A stretch of 64,000 nt of DNA from NCBI RefSeq assembly GCF_024502345.1, contig NZ_JALDNN010000001.1; one strand, 5' to 3'. Below, one piece after another: positions 1 to 11,618 of the stretch. The stretch is from Escherichia coli (lineage in GTDB: Bacteria; Pseudomonadota; Gammaproteobacteria; Enterobacterales; Enterobacteriaceae). How positions within the stretch are numbered: position 1 is the stretch's first letter; each line of letters opens with the position of its first letter. The notes under the pieces are model-generated. The model saw nothing but the letters and a program-made list of their open reading frames with translations. It had not been told where the DNA came from and searched no databases. Made by a program: the position numbers and the translations under genes.

Positions 1-2110
1 AGGTTGCAAAATCAACCTGGTCGTCGATAACGGCAAAATCGTCCGGGCGGAGGCAGCGCAGGGGAAAACCAACCAGGGTACCCTGTGTCTGAAGGGTTAT
101 TATGGCTGGGATTTCATTAACGATACCCAGATCCTGACCCCGCGCCTGAAAACCCCCATGATCCGTCGCCAGCGTGGCGGCAAACTCGAACCTGTTTCCT
201 GGGATGAGGCACTGAATTACGTTGCCGAGCGCCTGAGCGCCATCAAAGAGAAGTACGGTCCGGATGCCATCCAGACGACCGGCTCCTCGCGTGGTACGGG
301 TAACGAAACCAACTATGTAATGCAAAAATTTGCGCGCGCCGTTATTGGTACCAATAACGTTGACTGCTGCGCTCGTGTCTGACACGGCCCATCGGTTGCA
401 GGTCTGCACCAATCGGTCGGTAATGGCGCAATGAGCAATGCTATTAACGAAATTGATAATACCGATTTAGTGTTCGTTTTCGGGTACAACCCGGCGGATT
501 CCCACCCAATCGTGGCGAATCACGTAATTAACGCTAAACGTAACGGGGCGAAAATTATCGTCTGCGATCCGCGCAAAATTGAAACCGCGCGCATTGCTGA
601 CATGCACATTGCACTGAAAAACGGCTCGAACATCGCGCTGTTGAATGCGATGGGCCATGTCATTATTGAAGAAAATCTGTATGACAAAGCGTTCGTCGCT
701 TCACGTACAGAAGGCTTTGAAGAGTATCGTAAAATCGTTGAAGGCTACACACCGGAGTCGGTTGAAGATATCACCGGCGTCAGCGCCAGTGAGATTCGTC
801 AGGCGGCACGGATGTATGCCCAGGCGAAAAGCGCCGCCATCCTGTGGGGCATGGGTGTAACCCAGTTCTACCAGGGCGTGGAAACCGTGCGTTCTCTGAC
901 CAGCCTCGCGATGCTGACCGGTAACCTCGGTAAGCCGTATGCGGGTGTAAACCCGGTTCGTGGTCAGAACAACGTGCAGGGTGCCTGCGATATGGGCGCG
1001 CTGCCGGATACGTATCCGGGATACCAGTACGTGAAAGATCCGGCTAACCGCGAGAAATTCGCCAAAGCCTGGGGCGTGGAAAGCCTGCCTGCTCATACCG
1101 GTTATCGCATCAGCGAGCTGCCGCACCGCGCAGCGCATGGCGAAGTGCGTGCCGCGTACATTATGGGCGAAGATCCGCTACAAACTGACGCGGAGCTGTC
1201 GGCAGTACGTAAAGCCTTTGAAGATCTGGAACTGGTCATCGTTCAGGACATCTTTATGACCAAAACCGCGTCGGCGGCGGATGTTATTTTACCGTCAACG
1301 TCGTGGGGCGAGCATGAAGGCGTGTTTACTGCGGCTGACCGTGGCTTCCAGCGTTTCTTCAAAGCAGTTGAACCGAAATGGGATCTGAAAACGGACTGGC
1401 AAATCATCAGTGAAATCGCCACCCGTATGGGTTATCCGATGCACTACAACAACACCCAGGAGATCTGGGATGAGTTGCGTCATCTGTGCCCGGATTTCTA
1501 CGGTGCGACTTACGAGAAAATGGGCGAACTGGGCTTCATTCAGTGGCCTTGCCGCGATACTTCAGATGCCGATCAGGGGACTTCTTATCTGTTTAAAGAG
1601 AAGTTTGATACCCCGAACGGTCTGGCGCAGTTCTTCACCTGCGACTGGGTAGCGCCAATCGACAAACTCACCGACGAGTACCCGATGGTACTGTCAACGG
1701 TGCGTGAAGTTGGTCACTACTCTTGCCGTTCGATGACCGGTAACTGTGCGGCACTGGCGGCGCTGGCTGATGAACCTGGCTACGCACAAATCAATACCGA
1801 AGACGCCAAACGTCTGGGTATTGAAGATGAGGCATTGGTTTGGGTGCACTCGCGTAAAGGCAAAATTATCACCCGTGCGCAGGTCAGCGATCGTCCGAAC
1901 AAAGGAGCGATTTACATGACCTACCAGTGGTGGATTGGTGCCTGTAACGAGCTGGTTACCGAAAACTTAAGCCCGATTACGAAAACGCCGGAATACAAAT
2001 ACTGCGCCGTGCGCGTCGAGCCGATCGCCGATCAGCGCGCCGCCGAGCAGTACGTGATTGACGAGTACAACAAGTTGAAAACTCGCCTGCGCGAAGCGGC
2101 ACTGGCGTAA
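1..2110 (+). CDS. fdhF: formate dehydrogenase H, selenocysteine-containing (5' end upstream of window; in-frame TGA at 380-382 read as Sec)
   Basis: ORFs 158-382 and 431-2110 share one frame and are separated only by a single TGA; translation ...NNVDCCARV-[TGA]-HGPSVAGLHQSVGNGAMSNAI... matches FdhF around the Sec codon; frame stays open to the window start. Confidence 0.95.
380..425 (+). promoter_or_regulatory. SECIS recoding hairpin immediately 3' of the fdhF UGA(Sec) codon
   Basis: Sequence tga cacggcccatcggttgcaggtctgcaccaatcggtcggtaatggc matches the fdhF selenocysteine insertion element as I recall it; position directly after the in-frame TGA. Confidence 0.85.
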
Positions 2111-2124
2111 TACAGTCCTTTCTA

Positions 2125-2151
2125 CAGCCTCCTTTCGGAGGCTGTTTTTTT
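2125..2151 (+). terminator. intrinsic terminator downstream of fdhF
   Basis: GC stem cagcctcc/ggaggctg with tttc loop followed by a T7 run, 15 nt after the fdhF stop. Confidence 0.7.
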
Positions 2152-2203
2152 ATCCATTCGAACTCTTTATACTGGTTACTCCCTACCCAATCGTATTATC
2201 AAA

Positions 2204-2893
2204 ATGAAAAAAATTATCGCATTGATGTTGTTTTTGACATTCTTTGCCCACTCCAACGACTCCGAGCCTGGCAGCCAGTATTTAAAGGCAGCAGAGGCCG
2301 GGGACCGACGCGCACAATATTTTCTTGCCGACAGCTGGTTTAGCTCCGGCGATTTGAGCAAAGCCGAATATTGGGCACAGAAAGCCGCCGACAGCGGTGA
2401 TGCTGATGCCTGCGCGCTGCTGGCGCAGATCAAAATCACCAATCCGGTCAGTCTGGACTATCCACAAGCAAAAGTTCTTGCAGAGAAAGCGGCGCAAGCG
2501 GGCAGTAAAGAAGGTGAAGTAACGCTGGCGCATATTCTGGTAAATACTCAAGCGGGTAAACCGGATTATCCAAAGGCAATTTCGCTGTTAGAAAACGCCT
2601 CGGAAGATCTGGAGAACGACTCTGCCGTCGATGCCCAAATGCTGCTTGGTTTGATTTACGCCAACGGCGTGGGCATTAAGGCCGACGATGACAAGGCAAC
2701 CTGGTATTTCAAACGCAGCTCTGCAATTTCCCGAACCGGTTATTCCGAGTACTGGGCGGGAATGATGTTCTTAAACGGTGAGGAAGGTTTTATCGAGAAG
2801 AACAAACAAAAGGCGCTGCACTGGTTGAACCTGAGCTGTATGGAAGGGTTTGATACCGGGTGTGAAGAGTTTGAAAAATTAACCAACGGTTAA
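2204..2893 (+). CDS. yjcO: Sel1-like repeat protein of unknown function
   Basis: 229-aa ORF with N-terminal signal-like segment and repeated A-x-YxLA/AxxWxxKAA motifs; position between fdhF and gltP as in K-12. Confidence 0.8.
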   Translation: MKKIIALMLFLTFFAHSNDSEPGSQYLKAAEAGDRRAQYFLADSWFSSGDLSKAEYWAQKAADSGDADACALLAQIKITNPVSLDYPQAKVLAEKAAQAGSKEGEVTLAHILVNTQAGKPDYPKAISLLENASEDLENDSAVDAQMLLGLIYANGVGIKADDDKATWYFKRSSAISRTGYSEYWAGMMFLNGEEGFIEKNKQKALHWLNLSCMEGFDTGCEEFEKLTNG

Positions 2894-2894
2894 G

Positions 2895-3165
2895 GTAGGC
2901 CTGATAAGACGCGTTAAGCGTCGCATCAGGCGTTGATGTCGGATGCGGCGTAAACGCCTTATCCGACCTACAAAATCACGCTAAATCAGGCTATTGCGCT
3001 GTCTGGCGTAGGCCTGATAAGACGCGGCAAGCGTCGCATCAGGCATTGATGTCGGATGCGGCGTAAACGCCTTATCCGACCTACAAAATCACGCTAAATC
3101 AGGCTATTGCGCTGTCTGACGTAGGCCTGATAAGACGCACCAGCGTCGCATCAGGCATCCACACA
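2895..3165. repeat. REP/BIME cluster organised as a 113-bp tandem repeat (two full units plus a partial third)
   Basis: The unit gtaggcctgataagacgcg...gcgtcgcatcaggc...gccttatccgacctac recurs starting at 2895, 3008 and 3121 with only a few substitutions. Confidence 0.85.
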
Positions 3166-3195
3166 TTGCCGGGGGATAACCCCGGCAATCTTCAA

Positions 3196-4509
3196 TTATT
3201 GATCCGCAGTTTTATCAAATTTGCCCAGCACTTCACGCTCATAAGCCAGCGCCTTTTTGCGGTCAAATTTGTGTTCCCACTTGGCAATCACCAGCACCGC
3301 CAGCGCATTACCCACCACGTTCAGCGCAGTACGCGCCATGTCGAGGATACGGTCAACACCAGCAATAAACGCCAGACCTTCCAGCGGAATACCTACGCTA
3401 CCCAGCGTTGCCAGCAACACCACAAACGACACGCCCGGCACGCCAGCAATCCCTTTCGAGGTCACCATCAGCGTCAGCACCAGAATGATTTCCTGCCAGA
3501 TGGACAGGTCAATGCCATACAGCTGAGCGATGAAAATAGCGGCAATACTTTGATACAGCGTCGAACCATCAAGGTTAAAAGAGTAACCGGTCGGCACCAC
3601 GAAGCTGGTGATCGACGCCGGTGCTCCGTAGGCTTCCATCTTCTCAATAATTCGCGGCAGTACGCTTTCAGAGCTGGCAGTGGAGTACGCCAGAATCAGC
3701 TCATCTTTCAGAATACGAATCAGGATCCAGACGCTTAACCCGCACAGGCGCGCCACAATTCCCAGCACTACCAGCGCGAAAAACAGAATGGCGAAATGCA
3801 CCAGCAGCACCAGTTTCGCCAGTGGCCACAGAGAAGAGAAACCAAAGTTAGCCACCGTCACCGCAATCAGCGCAAACACACCCACCGGTGCATAACGCAT
3901 CACCATGTGAGTCACTTTAAACATGGTTTCAGAGATGGAGCGGAACACGGTCACCAGCGGTTCACGATGCGTCGCGGGCAGGGAGGAAAGCCCCAGACCA
4001 AACAGCACCGAGAAGAAGATGATCGGCAGCATTTCGCCTTTCGCCATCGACGCCACAATGTTCGTCGGCACCAGCGACAAAATCGTGCCCATAATGCCGT
4101 GGGAACTGCTTTGTACCGCTTCCGTAGTGCTCTGATATTTCGAGATATCGACGGTCGCCAGCTGCGACATATCCACCCCGGCACCGGGCTGGAAGACGTT
4201 CGCCAGAGTGATCCCCAAAATGATGGCGACGGTGGTGATCACCTCGAAGTAAATAATGGTTTTCGCGCCAATACGCCCGAGCTGTTTGGCATCACCCACA
4301 CCCGCGATACCCACCACCAGCGTGGAGATCACAATCGGCACAACAATCATTTTAATCAGATGGATGAAGATATCACCCGCCGGAGAGAGCAAATTGACGA
4401 CCAGCCAGTCGCGGCTGTCGCTATGGTAGTGCAGGTAGCTTCCCAGGAGAATGCCCAGCACCATAGCAAACAGAATCTGCCAGGCCAGGCTGAATTTTAT
4501 ACTTTTCAT
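3196..4509 (-). CDS. gltP: glutamate/aspartate:proton symporter
   Basis: 437-aa polytopic membrane protein (MKSIKFSLAWQILFAMVLG...) of the dicarboxylate/amino acid:cation symporter type; position matches K-12. Confidence 0.93.
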   Translation of the reverse strand: MKSIKFSLAWQILFAMVLGILLGSYLHYHSDSRDWLVVNLLSPAGDIFIHLIKMIVVPIVISTLVVGIAGVGDAKQLGRIGAKTIIYFEVITTVAIILGITLANVFQPGAGVDMSQLATVDISKYQSTTEAVQSSSHGIMGTILSLVPTNIVASMAKGEMLPIIFFSVLFGLGLSSLPATHREPLVTVFRSISETMFKVTHMVMRYAPVGVFALIAVTVANFGFSSLWPLAKLVLLVHFAILFFALVVLGIVARLCGLSVWILIRILKDELILAYSTASSESVLPRIIEKMEAYGAPASITSFVVPTGYSFNLDGSTLYQSIAAIFIAQLYGIDLSIWQEIILVLTLMVTSKGIAGVPGVSFVVLLATLGSVGIPLEGLAFIAGVDRILDMARTALNVVGNALAVLVIAKWEHKFDRKKALAYEREVLGKFDKTADQ

Positions 4510-4850
4510 CAGAATAACTTCCTCAATGGAGCGCCGTTCCCCGTTCAGAAACGCGAGAACGTGACATACTGCCAGGGCATGAATTGTGTTGCGTTGGTTT
4601 GTAGATTTTTTTAACGCTTATGATCAGTATCATTTGCGCGGTATGTTGCGCAACCCTTTAACAACAGAGCTTTTCGCTGCATTAATGCATAATAACGCGA
4701 GTTTATGGCAGGATTAATGAATAACCATTTGTTATGGAAAGATTTTTATTTGTTTAATCTGCAATAATACTGATTAGTGATTATTTTTGGCATATGTTTA
4801 TTCGATTATTTTTTATGCAGCTCAATAACATAATCTTCATCACCAGATGA

Positions 4851-5447
4851 TTAATCCGATCTCCGCTGCAACAATTTCGCCATATTAATCGACTCGACCA
4901 GCTGTGTCCGGTTGATTCGGGGTGAGTTGAGATCCATCACTTTTTGCCATAGTTCGATGGCTTGCGCGTAATTCGCCTGCATAAACGCATCGGAAGCCAG
5001 CAGCATCAGAGCGGTGATTTCGTTAGAGTCCAGCGCGAGGGCTTTATCGATCATTGCGCGAGTCTGGGCGGTCATATGCTGGCTGGCCTGGTAATAAAGC
5101 ACCGTCGCCAGCGCCGCATACAGTTCAGCGTTCTCACCACGTAGTTGCAACGCCTGACGATACGCCAGCAGCGAATTGCTGTAATCGTTTTGCCACAGAT
5201 AATACTCGCCCAGTAACGCCCACTGTTCGCTGTTTTGTGGATTAGCGCGGATTTTATCCTGTAATGCCTGAAGCTGCGCTTCCGGGGTTTGCTTGCTGGC
5301 AAACTGATGTAGCGGATCGCGCTGACGCTGATACTCCGCACGTACCGCCTGCCATTTTGGGCTTAACAGATAACTGCCGACACAGAGAAATACCATCAAT
5401 ATCGTGAGTGTTGTCAGCATTTTCACCGGTATTTTGGGCTGTTTCAT
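4851..5447 (-). CDS. nrfG: TPR-repeat component of cytochrome c nitrite reductase heme lyase system
   Basis: Translation from [14 protein letters not shown]...; last gene of the nrf cluster; 198 aa from the internal Met of the 220-aa ORF. Confidence 0.88.
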   Translation of the reverse strand: MKQPKIPVKMLTTLTILMVFLCVGSYLLSPKWQAVRAEYQRQRDPLHQFASKQTPEAQLQALQDKIRANPQNSEQWALLGEYYLWQNDYSNSLLAYRQALQLRGENAELYAALATVLYYQASQHMTAQTRAMIDKALALDSNEITALMLLASDAFMQANYAQAIELWQKVMDLNSPRINRTQLVESINMAKLLQRRSD

Positions 5448-5827
5448 CGCTTCGCCCTCACTCGCCAGAGGATCAGTGCCATCAGCAGTAACAACACCAC
5501 TGGCAGCGCCCACAACACCAGCGTCTGACCCGTTAACGGTGGGTTATAGCGAACAAAATCTCCGTAGCGTTCGGTCATCCAGCCAATGATTTCGACTTCG
5601 TTCTTCCCCTCCGCCACCATGCTGTAAACCTGATGGCGCATACTGACTGCCACCGGCGCGTTGGATTCCAGTAAGTTTTGATTCTGGCACTGCGGACAAC
5701 GTAACTGGCTGGCAATATTTAACGCCTGTTGCTGTTGTTGCGGATTGGCGAATTGCCAGGTGTCTACGACCTGAGCGCGCGCAAAACAGGTAAATAACAG
5801 CAGTAGCGTGAGAAGCCCTTTATTCAT
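5444..5827 (-). CDS. nrfF: CcmH-like thiol-disulfide component for NrfA heme attachment
   Basis: 127-aa ORF with signal peptide and CPQC motif (LRCPQCQNQ); overlaps nrfG start and nrfE stop. Confidence 0.88.
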   Translation of the reverse strand: MNKGLLTLLLLFTCFARAQVVDTWQFANPQQQQQALNIASQLRCPQCQNQNLLESNAPVAVSMRHQVYSMVAEGKNEVEIIGWMTERYGDFVRYNPPLTGQTLVLWALPVVLLLLMALILWRVRAKR

Positions 5828-7502
5828 CGCGCTTCTTCCCCCGCCATCCGCTTAACAATGCGCCCGCAATCATCAACAATCCTCCCCCCCAGATCCAGCG
5901 CACACCGCTTTGTACATACAAACGAAAAGCGTAACGATCCGCTCCGGTTTTTTCACCCATGACCGCATACCAGTCATGGATGCCGTTCCAGCGAATTGAC
6001 GGTTCCATCATTTGCTGACGACGTGCTTCGTAAAAACGCCGCTCCGGCATTAGTTCACCAATGCGTTGCTGATGGTCAAACAGTGCCACTATCGCTTTTT
6101 CGCTGGTGTAATTGCCTTTGGCTTGCAGATCGAGGCGCTCAAAACGGAAGGTGTATCCTGCCAGCGTCACCTGCTGACCCGGCTGTAAATTCAGGCTGAT
6201 CTCCTGACGGCTGACGCTGGAAACCACGATCCCCGCGGCAAATAACAGCACGCCCGCATGAGCTACCAGCGCCGGAAGCTGCACGCGTTTGCCAGAGACA
6301 AACGTCGCCAGCACAATCACCACCAGCATCAACAGGCCAAACGGTAACGTCGCGCGGTTAAAATACGGCGCGCCAACGGAGAGGCGTCCCCAGCCCAGCA
6401 GGCCGTAAATCATCGGATAAAGCGTTCCCACCAGCACGATCAGTAGCACTGCGCAAAACAGCAACAGCGTAGCGAGGATTAACATTTCCCGCGATAACCC
6501 CGAAAAACGCACCACCGCACCACCGTCCCGCGCTCGCCAGCCATACAGAGCCAGAGACGCAAGGCTAATCAGTGCAAACAGGCTGAACAACGGCACGGCG
6601 CGGACGTTATCCAGTGCGAACGCATGAACCGAAACCAGAATGCCAGAACGGACAATTAAGGTACCCAGTAGCGACAGCATCAGAGTTACTATCGCCAGCA
6701 ACAGCGACCAGTGGCGGAAAATCTCCCGCTGGCGTGTCAGGGACAAACTGTGCAGCAGCGCAGTGGCAGAAAGCCAGGGTAATAAAGAGGCGTTTTCCAC
6801 CGGATCCCAGAACCACCAGCCGCCCCAGCCCAGTTCGCAATAGGCCCACCAGGAACCGAGGATGATCCCCGCCGTTAATGCGCTCCAGCCAGGTAGTGCC
6901 CAGCGCCAACAAATTCTGGCGCAGGCACCATCAAACTCGCCGCGCAGTAAACTCGCCAGCGCCACGCTCGCCGCCACCATCAAACCGCCATAGCCAAGGT
7001 AAAGCAGCGGCGGATGAAAGATAAGACCGGGATGTTGCAGCATCGGATTGAGATCGCGGCCTTCGATTGCTGGTGGAAATATCCGCACGAAGGGATCGGA
7101 CCACAGCACCACAAACAGTAGCAGTGCGGCGAGCATGAGAGATAAAACGGCTAACGTCAGCGGAAATAGCGGATCGGTTTGCTGCCGATAATGCCAGGCA
7201 AACAGCGCGCTCCAGGCGGAAAGCAGCAGCACCCAAAGCAGCAGCGAACCTTCATGGCCGCCCCACACCGCTGCCAGCTTGAGTTCCCACGACAGCAGGC
7301 TATAGCTATGTTGCGCGACATAAATGACCGAGAAATCGCTGATGAGAAAACAATACGTCAGTACGCCAAAGGCGAGCAGCAGGAGCGCGAACTGCGCCAG
7401 AATGCCGATGCAAGTGAGTCGCATCATGGCAGGCCAGCGCAACCGCACTCCCGCAAAGGCCGTCAACGGGGTCAACACGTTGACCCCGAGACTTAACAAC
7501 AA
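5820..7502 (-). CDS. nrfE: CcmF-like heme lyase for NrfA (start codon uncertain)
   Basis: 560-aa polytopic membrane ORF with CcmF-like WGGxWFWD motif (GWGGWWFWDPVEN). Confidence 0.88.
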   Translation of the reverse strand: MLLSLGVNVLTPLTAFAGVRLRWPAMMRLTCIGILAQFALLLLAFGVLTYCFLISDFSVIYVAQHSYSLLSWELKLAAVWGGHEGSLLLWVLLLSAWSALFAWHYRQQTDPLFPLTLAVLSLMLAALLLFVVLWSDPFVRIFPPAIEGRDLNPMLQHPGLIFHPPLLYLGYGGLMVAASVALASLLRGEFDGACARICWRWALPGWSALTAGIILGSWWAYCELGWGGWWFWDPVENASLLPWLSATALLHSLSLTRQREIFRHWSLLLAIVTLMLSLLGTLIVRSGILVSVHAFALDNVRAVPLFSLFALISLASLALYGWRARDGGAVVRFSGLSREMLILATLLLFCAVLLIVLVGTLYPMIYGLLGWGRLSVGAPYFNRATLPFGLLMLVVIVLATFVSGKRVQLPALVAHAGVLLFAAGIVVSSVSRQEISLNLQPGQQVTLAGYTFRFERLDLQAKGNYTSEKAIVALFDHQQRIGELMPERRFYEARRQQMMEPSIRWNGIHDWYAVMGEKTGADRYAFRLYVQSGVRWIWGGGLLMIAGALLSGWRGKKRDE

Positions 7503-7557
7503 CGCCAGAAAACCGACTTCAGGAAGGAATACGTCCAGAAACCACCTCTTTTCTGGC

Positions 7558-8514
7558 TTACGCCACCGTCAACTGTCCGGCGTAGAGAATGAAAAAGCGC
7601 AGCATCAACACGCCGACCAGACTGGCCCCACACGCCGCCAGCACGGCAGGAATGCCGGAACTGCGATTGACCCACGGTTTGAGCAACATTGGCACAATCA
7701 GCCCCAGCCCGGCGACACCAAGCCAGAACCACCACGTCCAGAAACCGCCACCTAATGCCGCCACCAGCGCACGCACTTTACCGTCATCGCCCAGCGCCAG
7801 ACCGACAAAAAACGCCACCAGCAGGAAGATTTCACCCCATACCACGGGGATTTCCATACGGTGTACAAACTGCGCTTCCGTGGAATGCGGGTTACTGCGT
7901 TGGCGTATCGCCATGGCGATCAGCGCCACCGCCGCACCGGACGAGATGCCGGAGAAGAGGAACAGCACCGGCAGGATCGGGTTATTGAGGAACGGATACG
8001 ATTTCAGCGCCGACAGTAGAAAGCCGGTATAAGCCCCCAACAACACCGCCAACACCAGCATCAATGTTTCCAGTCCGCGATGAACGGGCGTCAGCAGGCT
8101 CAGAACCTTTTGCACGATCCCCAGCTTCGGCAACCAGCGTTGTTGCAGGGCAAGCAAATCATGTTCAAAGATTTTCGCCAGCCACAGCACCAGCACCACC
8201 ATGTAGAGCTGAAACAGCATCACCCCCATCGACATCACCGAGGTAAAACTGTAGTGGAACATCAGCTTCCAGAAGGTCCACGGTCTTGTCAGGTGGAAGA
8301 CGAGGATCAACAGACCGAGGATCACCGCGCCCGGCCCGACAATCAGCGTGGTGCGCAGCAACGTACTGTCTGCACCGCCCGCCTGCGGGTAGAAGCGACG
8401 TAACAGCACGGCCAGCGTCACCAGACCGGCAGAAATACCAATCAAAAACAGGTAGATGGCAATCGGCCAGTCCCACACCAGCGATTCAAAATGAAATGCG
8501 GAAGTCTGCGTCAT
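7558..8514 (-). CDS. nrfD: NrfD membrane quinol dehydrogenase subunit
   Basis: 318-aa polytopic membrane protein; 4-nt overlap with nrfC stop. Confidence 0.9.
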   Translation of the reverse strand: MTQTSAFHFESLVWDWPIAIYLFLIGISAGLVTLAVLLRRFYPQAGGADSTLLRTTLIVGPGAVILGLLILVFHLTRPWTFWKLMFHYSFTSVMSMGVMLFQLYMVVLVLWLAKIFEHDLLALQQRWLPKLGIVQKVLSLLTPVHRGLETLMLVLAVLLGAYTGFLLSALKSYPFLNNPILPVLFLFSGISSGAAVALIAMAIRQRSNPHSTEAQFVHRMEIPVVWGEIFLLVAFFVGLALGDDGKVRALVAALGGGFWTWWFWLGVAGLGLIVPMLLKPWVNRSSGIPAVLAACGASLVGVLMLRFFILYAGQLTVA

Positions 8515-9182
8515 TGGCTCACCTCCCCGTATTTAAACGGTACGCGGTACAGCTTCGGTTTGGTTCCCAGCGCCAGCTTGTAGCGGTAAGTAGGCTTCTG
8601 GCGCAGCAGTTGCGAAATCTCACTGTTAGGATCGTCCAGATTGCCAAACGTCAGCGCCTTCGTCGGGCAAGCCTCAACGCACGCGGGCAGCTTACCGGCC
8701 TGCAAATTGGTTTTACGGCAGAAATCGCATTTGTCCGCCGTCTTCGTGACCGGATGGATAAAGCGCACGCGGTACGGACAGGCGGCGATGCAGTACTGAC
8801 AACCGACGCAGAGATCAGGATTAACATCGACAATCCCGCTAGCGGCATCACGAAAAGACGCACCGGTCGGGCAGACGTCAACGCACGGCGCATGATCGCA
8901 GTGCTGGCAAGACTTACGGAAGAAGCGATATTTCACATCAGGAAATTCGCCCTGCGGCTCGCTACGAATAATCGTCAGGCGCGAGACGCCTTCCGGCACC
9001 TTGTTCACTTCCCGACAAGCATCCATACAGGCGGTACAGCCGATGCATAACGACTCGTCATGCACCATGCCGTAACGCACCCCATTGATATTCAACGTTT
9101 TCGCCACCACGCGCCCTGCGGTGCCGCTGACGGCTGCCAGCACGCCGACGCCGGTGAGAAACTGGCGACGAGACCAGGTCAT
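8511..9182 (-). CDS. nrfC: 4Fe-4S ferredoxin-type subunit of nitrite reductase complex
   Basis: 223-aa ORF with Tat-like signal ([14 protein letters not shown]) and multiple CxxCxxCxxxCP clusters. Confidence 0.92.
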   Translation of the reverse strand: MTWSRRQFLTGVGVLAAVSGTAGRVVAKTLNINGVRYGMVHDESLCIGCTACMDACREVNKVPEGVSRLTIIRSEPQGEFPDVKYRFFRKSCQHCDHAPCVDVCPTGASFRDAASGIVDVNPDLCVGCQYCIAACPYRVRFIHPVTKTADKCDFCRKTNLQAGKLPACVEACPTKALTFGNLDDPNSEISQLLRQKPTYRYKLALGTKPKLYRVPFKYGEVSQ

Positions 9183-9745
9183 GGCTGCTCCTTAAGCAAC
9201 GGAACAGACGCCGGGTTAAAGTTCGGATTGGTGCGCTGATCGCTGTGGCAATCGACGCAAATCTTAATCCGTCCTTTGTCACTTAACGTCTGCATCGTAT
9301 CTTGCTGTGGATGCAGGGAATGGCAGCTGGCGCACGCCACTTTGGTTACGTGGACATCGTGCGGCCAGAACGCTTTTTGCAACTGTTCCGGCAGATGACA
9401 GGACATACAGACGCTGTTCTGCTCTCCAACCTTGTACATCGGCTCGTTAAAGCGCATCACATCTTTCACCCCTTCGCGGTGTTGCGGTGATGGCTGGCCG
9501 TGACAGTTGGTGCAGGTGACCGGCAGTTTGTTATTCGGGTTGATAACGGAAGCATGTTTGCCATGCATACCTTCGGTATCTGGTTTATGACAGTCCAGAC
9601 AGGCGGCATCCGGGTTACGCTGCTGGGTAACTTCGTAGCGATCACCAGATGCCTGCGCCGCAGGGGTAGCGGTAATTCCGTTCAGGCTCCACAACAGGCC
9701 CGACGCCAGCACCCCAGCAGTTAATAACGAACGTAATACGCTCAT
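9179..9745 (-). CDS. nrfB: pentaheme cytochrome c NrfB
   Basis: 188 aa from MSVLRSLL...; five CxxCH motifs. Confidence 0.92.
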   Translation of the reverse strand: MSVLRSLLTAGVLASGLLWSLNGITATPAAQASGDRYEVTQQRNPDAACLDCHKPDTEGMHGKHASVINPNNKLPVTCTNCHGQPSPQHREGVKDVMRFNEPMYKVGEQNSVCMSCHLPEQLQKAFWPHDVHVTKVACASCHSLHPQQDTMQTLSDKGRIKICVDCHSDQRTNPNFNPASVPLLKEQP

Positions 9746-9789
9746 ATTCACTCCATTGTGTTTTCCGCCCCTTGCGAGGCGGAACGGGG

Positions 9790-11268
<1,479 letters not shown>

Positions 11269-11353
11269 TTATTGTTTTTCACGACAGTAACCGCACCTAC
11301 ACTGTCATGACATTGCTCGCCCCTATGTGTAACAAATAACCACACTGTGAATG

Positions 11354-11367
11354 TTGTCTTTAATCAA
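11354..11367 (-). promoter_or_regulatory. candidate FNR-type site (TTGAT-N4-GACAA) in nrfA promoter region
   Basis: Reverse strand reads ttgattaaagacaa, one good and one degenerate half-site, about 130 bp upstream of nrfA ATG; assignment from pattern only. Confidence 0.35.
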
Positions 11368-11618
11368 TTGTAAGTGCATGTAAAATACCACTTTAGAGTT
11401 AGTCAGTATCTTCCTCTTTTTCAACAGCATGCATAACTGCATGTTCCTCAAAGAATTAATCAACTTTTGTTGCTGACCTTCAAAAATTACCCTGCCGTTT
11501 ATTTGCACAATTCTACTTTTGCGTGATCTGTCGCCCAAATACTAAACAAAACTGCCAATACCCCTACATTTAACGCTTATGCCACATATTATTAACATCC
11601 TACAAGGAGAACAAAAGC

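Noticed and set aside
158-382. 74-aa ORF ending in TGA, apparently a separate small gene
   Set aside because: It is the N-terminal part of fdhF; the TGA is the selenocysteine codon and the same frame continues for 559 more codons
2895-3165. Regularly spaced repeats that might be taken for a CRISPR array
   Set aside because: The units are palindromic REP elements repeated with their intervening sequence as one 113-bp unit; there are no unique spacers, no leader and no cas genes nearby
3796-4614. 272-aa plus-strand ORF rich in His/Arg/Gln
   Set aside because: Antisense to gltP, low-complexity composition typical of reverse-frame reading of a GC-rich membrane-protein gene; no start context
8286-9050. 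254-aa plus-strand ORF
   Set aside because: Antisense to nrfC/nrfD; Arg/Ala-rich, no independent support
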